A program made the position numbers and the translations under genes. This document shows, piece after piece, positions 61,761-64,000 of a stretch of DNA of 64,000 nucleotides. Within the stretch, counting starts at the first letter, position 1; the number at the start of each line of letters is the position of its first letter. The notes under the pieces are model-generated. The model was not told where the DNA came from. It saw only the letters and a list, made by a program, of their open reading frames with translations, and made no database searches. Source of the stretch: the human T2T-CHM13v2.0 reference genome, Homo sapiens; assembly GCF_009914755.1 (NCBI RefSeq), contig NC_060941.1. One strand, given 5' to 3'.

Positions 61761-64000
61761 TCTAAAACAGAAATTTTAAGAAATTCCTTTTCCCTTTGCT
61801 GTTTTTAAACACTTACAATGTGCCAGGCATCGTTAGCAAGATCTTATTTAATGCAGTCCCATAACCACCGTGTGTGGAGACTGATTTAATCCCCATGTAG
61901 TAGATAAGGAAACTCAGACTCTGAGAAATTAAGAAACTTGCCCAGCTGGTAAGCAGGGACGCTTGTTGACAGCCTGGATGTGCCTGACTGCAGGGCCCAA
62001 GCCCCTAACTACTAGGCTACACTGCCTTCCCGGGAAGTAACAGCTGTCCATCCCACCTGGCAGGATGGAGAGAGTCAGATGAGCCTATCCAAGTGAAGGG
62101 GCTCCATCACCTGTAAGCAGTATCATATGAGGTGGCTACAAGGCTTTCCCAACGGAAGGCGAGGGAGGCTGGAGTCTGATACACTAAGATTAGAGGCATG
62201 GACAACAAGAGCAAGCTGCAAAAGGCAGCAGCAACATCCCAAAGGGGACTGAATGAGTGACAAGCAGGCCACACCATTCCAACATTCACTCCAGAAGAAA
62301 GCTTTATTTCCTTTGACAACTGTGGATAGACAAGGAAAGGGGAGAATGTTCTCGTGTTCTGTGACTTCCTACCTCCATCAGGGGTGTAGTTAATTCTCAT
62401 CTTACCGGGTCATCCTCAGGTACTTTGAGATGAGCAGGGCTCTGGTCTAGTTGAGTGGGGTGGACATGGCTGTTTCAGGCTACCCAGGACCCTGACACCA
62501 CACGGAGAAGCCTCACTGAGTTCAGCCACAGTAGGGAGTTGGTAGAGCTAGGCATAAAGGCATAGAGGTGGCCAGGGGACAGACCCCCACCTTGCCCAGA
62601 TTTGCTGGCACCAGAGGCAGCCTGAGGCCCAGGGCAACCAGGTGGCTGCTTGGTATTCTGCTCAGGCACCGCTGCGTCCTGCCTCCTGGCTTCTCTGCTA
62701 GAGGGGCCTCCTCCCCCAGCCCAGCCTGGGCCATGCATTATCCTTGCAAGATTGAGGACCTAATGGAGGCGATCAGCACCCCCAGAGCGGGGGATCTCCA
62801 TCCAGGCTTGGGAAGGAGGGCAGAGTAGTGCTAGTTGGCTTCTTTGCCCACCCTGAGATCGGGGTGTACTTGAGGGGGTCCCTGGAACTGGGGGCATTCT
62901 CTGCACCCCATCTTTGGGGCCTCTGGACAACCTCTGTCCAGGAAGCCACATTGCAAAAATTTCTCTCCTTGTCTCCATAGGATACCTTTGACATTCAGGG
63001 TCCCTTTGGGGAGACCCAGCCTCTTGAAGCTTTCTGCTTGCTCTGAGGAGGGGACACTCCCACCCTTACCCCACCCCCTCTCCTGACTGCCAGCTGGCCG
63101 GCGTGGGAGCCAGGCTTCCACTGCCCATTGTTTCTCAGCTCTCCTCCCATGGTGGCGGGGTGAGCCTCATCCCCCAGGTCAGGAGCACAGGGCAGCCCCT
63201 CCCCCTTCCCTCCCTGGGCTTCAAAGGCCCAGAGGGACTAACCCTTGTCACCATGGGGCCTCCCCTCTGGGAGCCATGATGGGGGCGGCTGCCCCCAAAG
63301 CAGCATTCAGTGGCTCCCTGGGAGTGAGCCGAGCAGGCCGGGAGGTGATCACAGGCATGTATGAGGTCAAACGAGGGAGGTCCCAGGCAGACGGCTTGGG
63401 AAAAGCTTGGGGATGGGAGAGAGGCAGCAAAGGTGATTGCAGTAATTAAAGCAATGAGCCCGCTACTTCCAAGAGGAGCTAATCCTAGCACAGCCCAGGA
63501 CCAGGTGCTGTGTTTCCCATGTGCCGCGTCATTTCTCCTCACAGAAGCTGCGTAATACCAAAGCTACATTGCACACATGGAGAACATCAAGCTCAGAGAG
63601 GTTAAGTAATTTACCTGTGTCCCACAGAAAGGACCTGAAAAGGACTTGGACTCATATTATTTGACTCTGGAACCTTACTCCTAACTACTGTGCCAGGTGC
63701 TGAACTAGGCAACTGGGAGGGAAAACAGAATGGGTCCTGGGCACCCATCTTCAAAACACTCACCTGACTTCATACATGTCTGCAAAATGTGTGTTTCTTG
63801 CCAAAGAGCATCCAGGCATCCAAGAAGCAATGTTTTCACTGAGCCTACAAATATAGAAATTTCTCCCTCTTCTTTTCAGCTCTCCTTCCCCTTCTAAGTG
63901 TCTTTATTCCTCTTCTTCCCAGGCTAACATTCTCTCCTCCCACCATCTGCTCCCAAGGTGGCTGATACTGCCCACCTTGCTTCCCTGGGGATGGAGGGGT

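Overview
Human, Alu-rich genomic DNA, recognisable as the 17q21.32 locus SP2-AS1 / PNPO / PRR15L / CDK5RAP3, followed by the intergenic stretch towards COPZ2. Three protein-coding genes were rebuilt from splice sites and reading frames. PNPO is on +, has 7 exons (9466-14570) and encodes 261 aa. PRR15L is on -, with a single coding exon (20710-21021, 103 aa). CDK5RAP3/C53 is on +, has 14 exons (38942-49301, 506 aa), one GC-AG intron and two alternative N-termini. The rest is Alu/MIR/L2/MLT1/MER5/L1 repeats, two CpG-island promoters and candidate regulatory DNA. I found no new protein-coding system; most other long ORFs are Alu-derived, antisense or chance ORFs. The most unusual features are: a chimeric duplication in PNPO intron 1 carrying a decoy copy of the exon-2 donor; junctions that regenerate 5' splice sites; a leaky-scanning layout at the PNPO start; a very young AluY; two CTCF-like sites; a GRHL site cluster upstream of PRR15L; and PBX-HOX/MEIS motif-dense blocks downstream of CDK5RAP3. 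Repeat boundaries and subfamilies are by-eye estimates.
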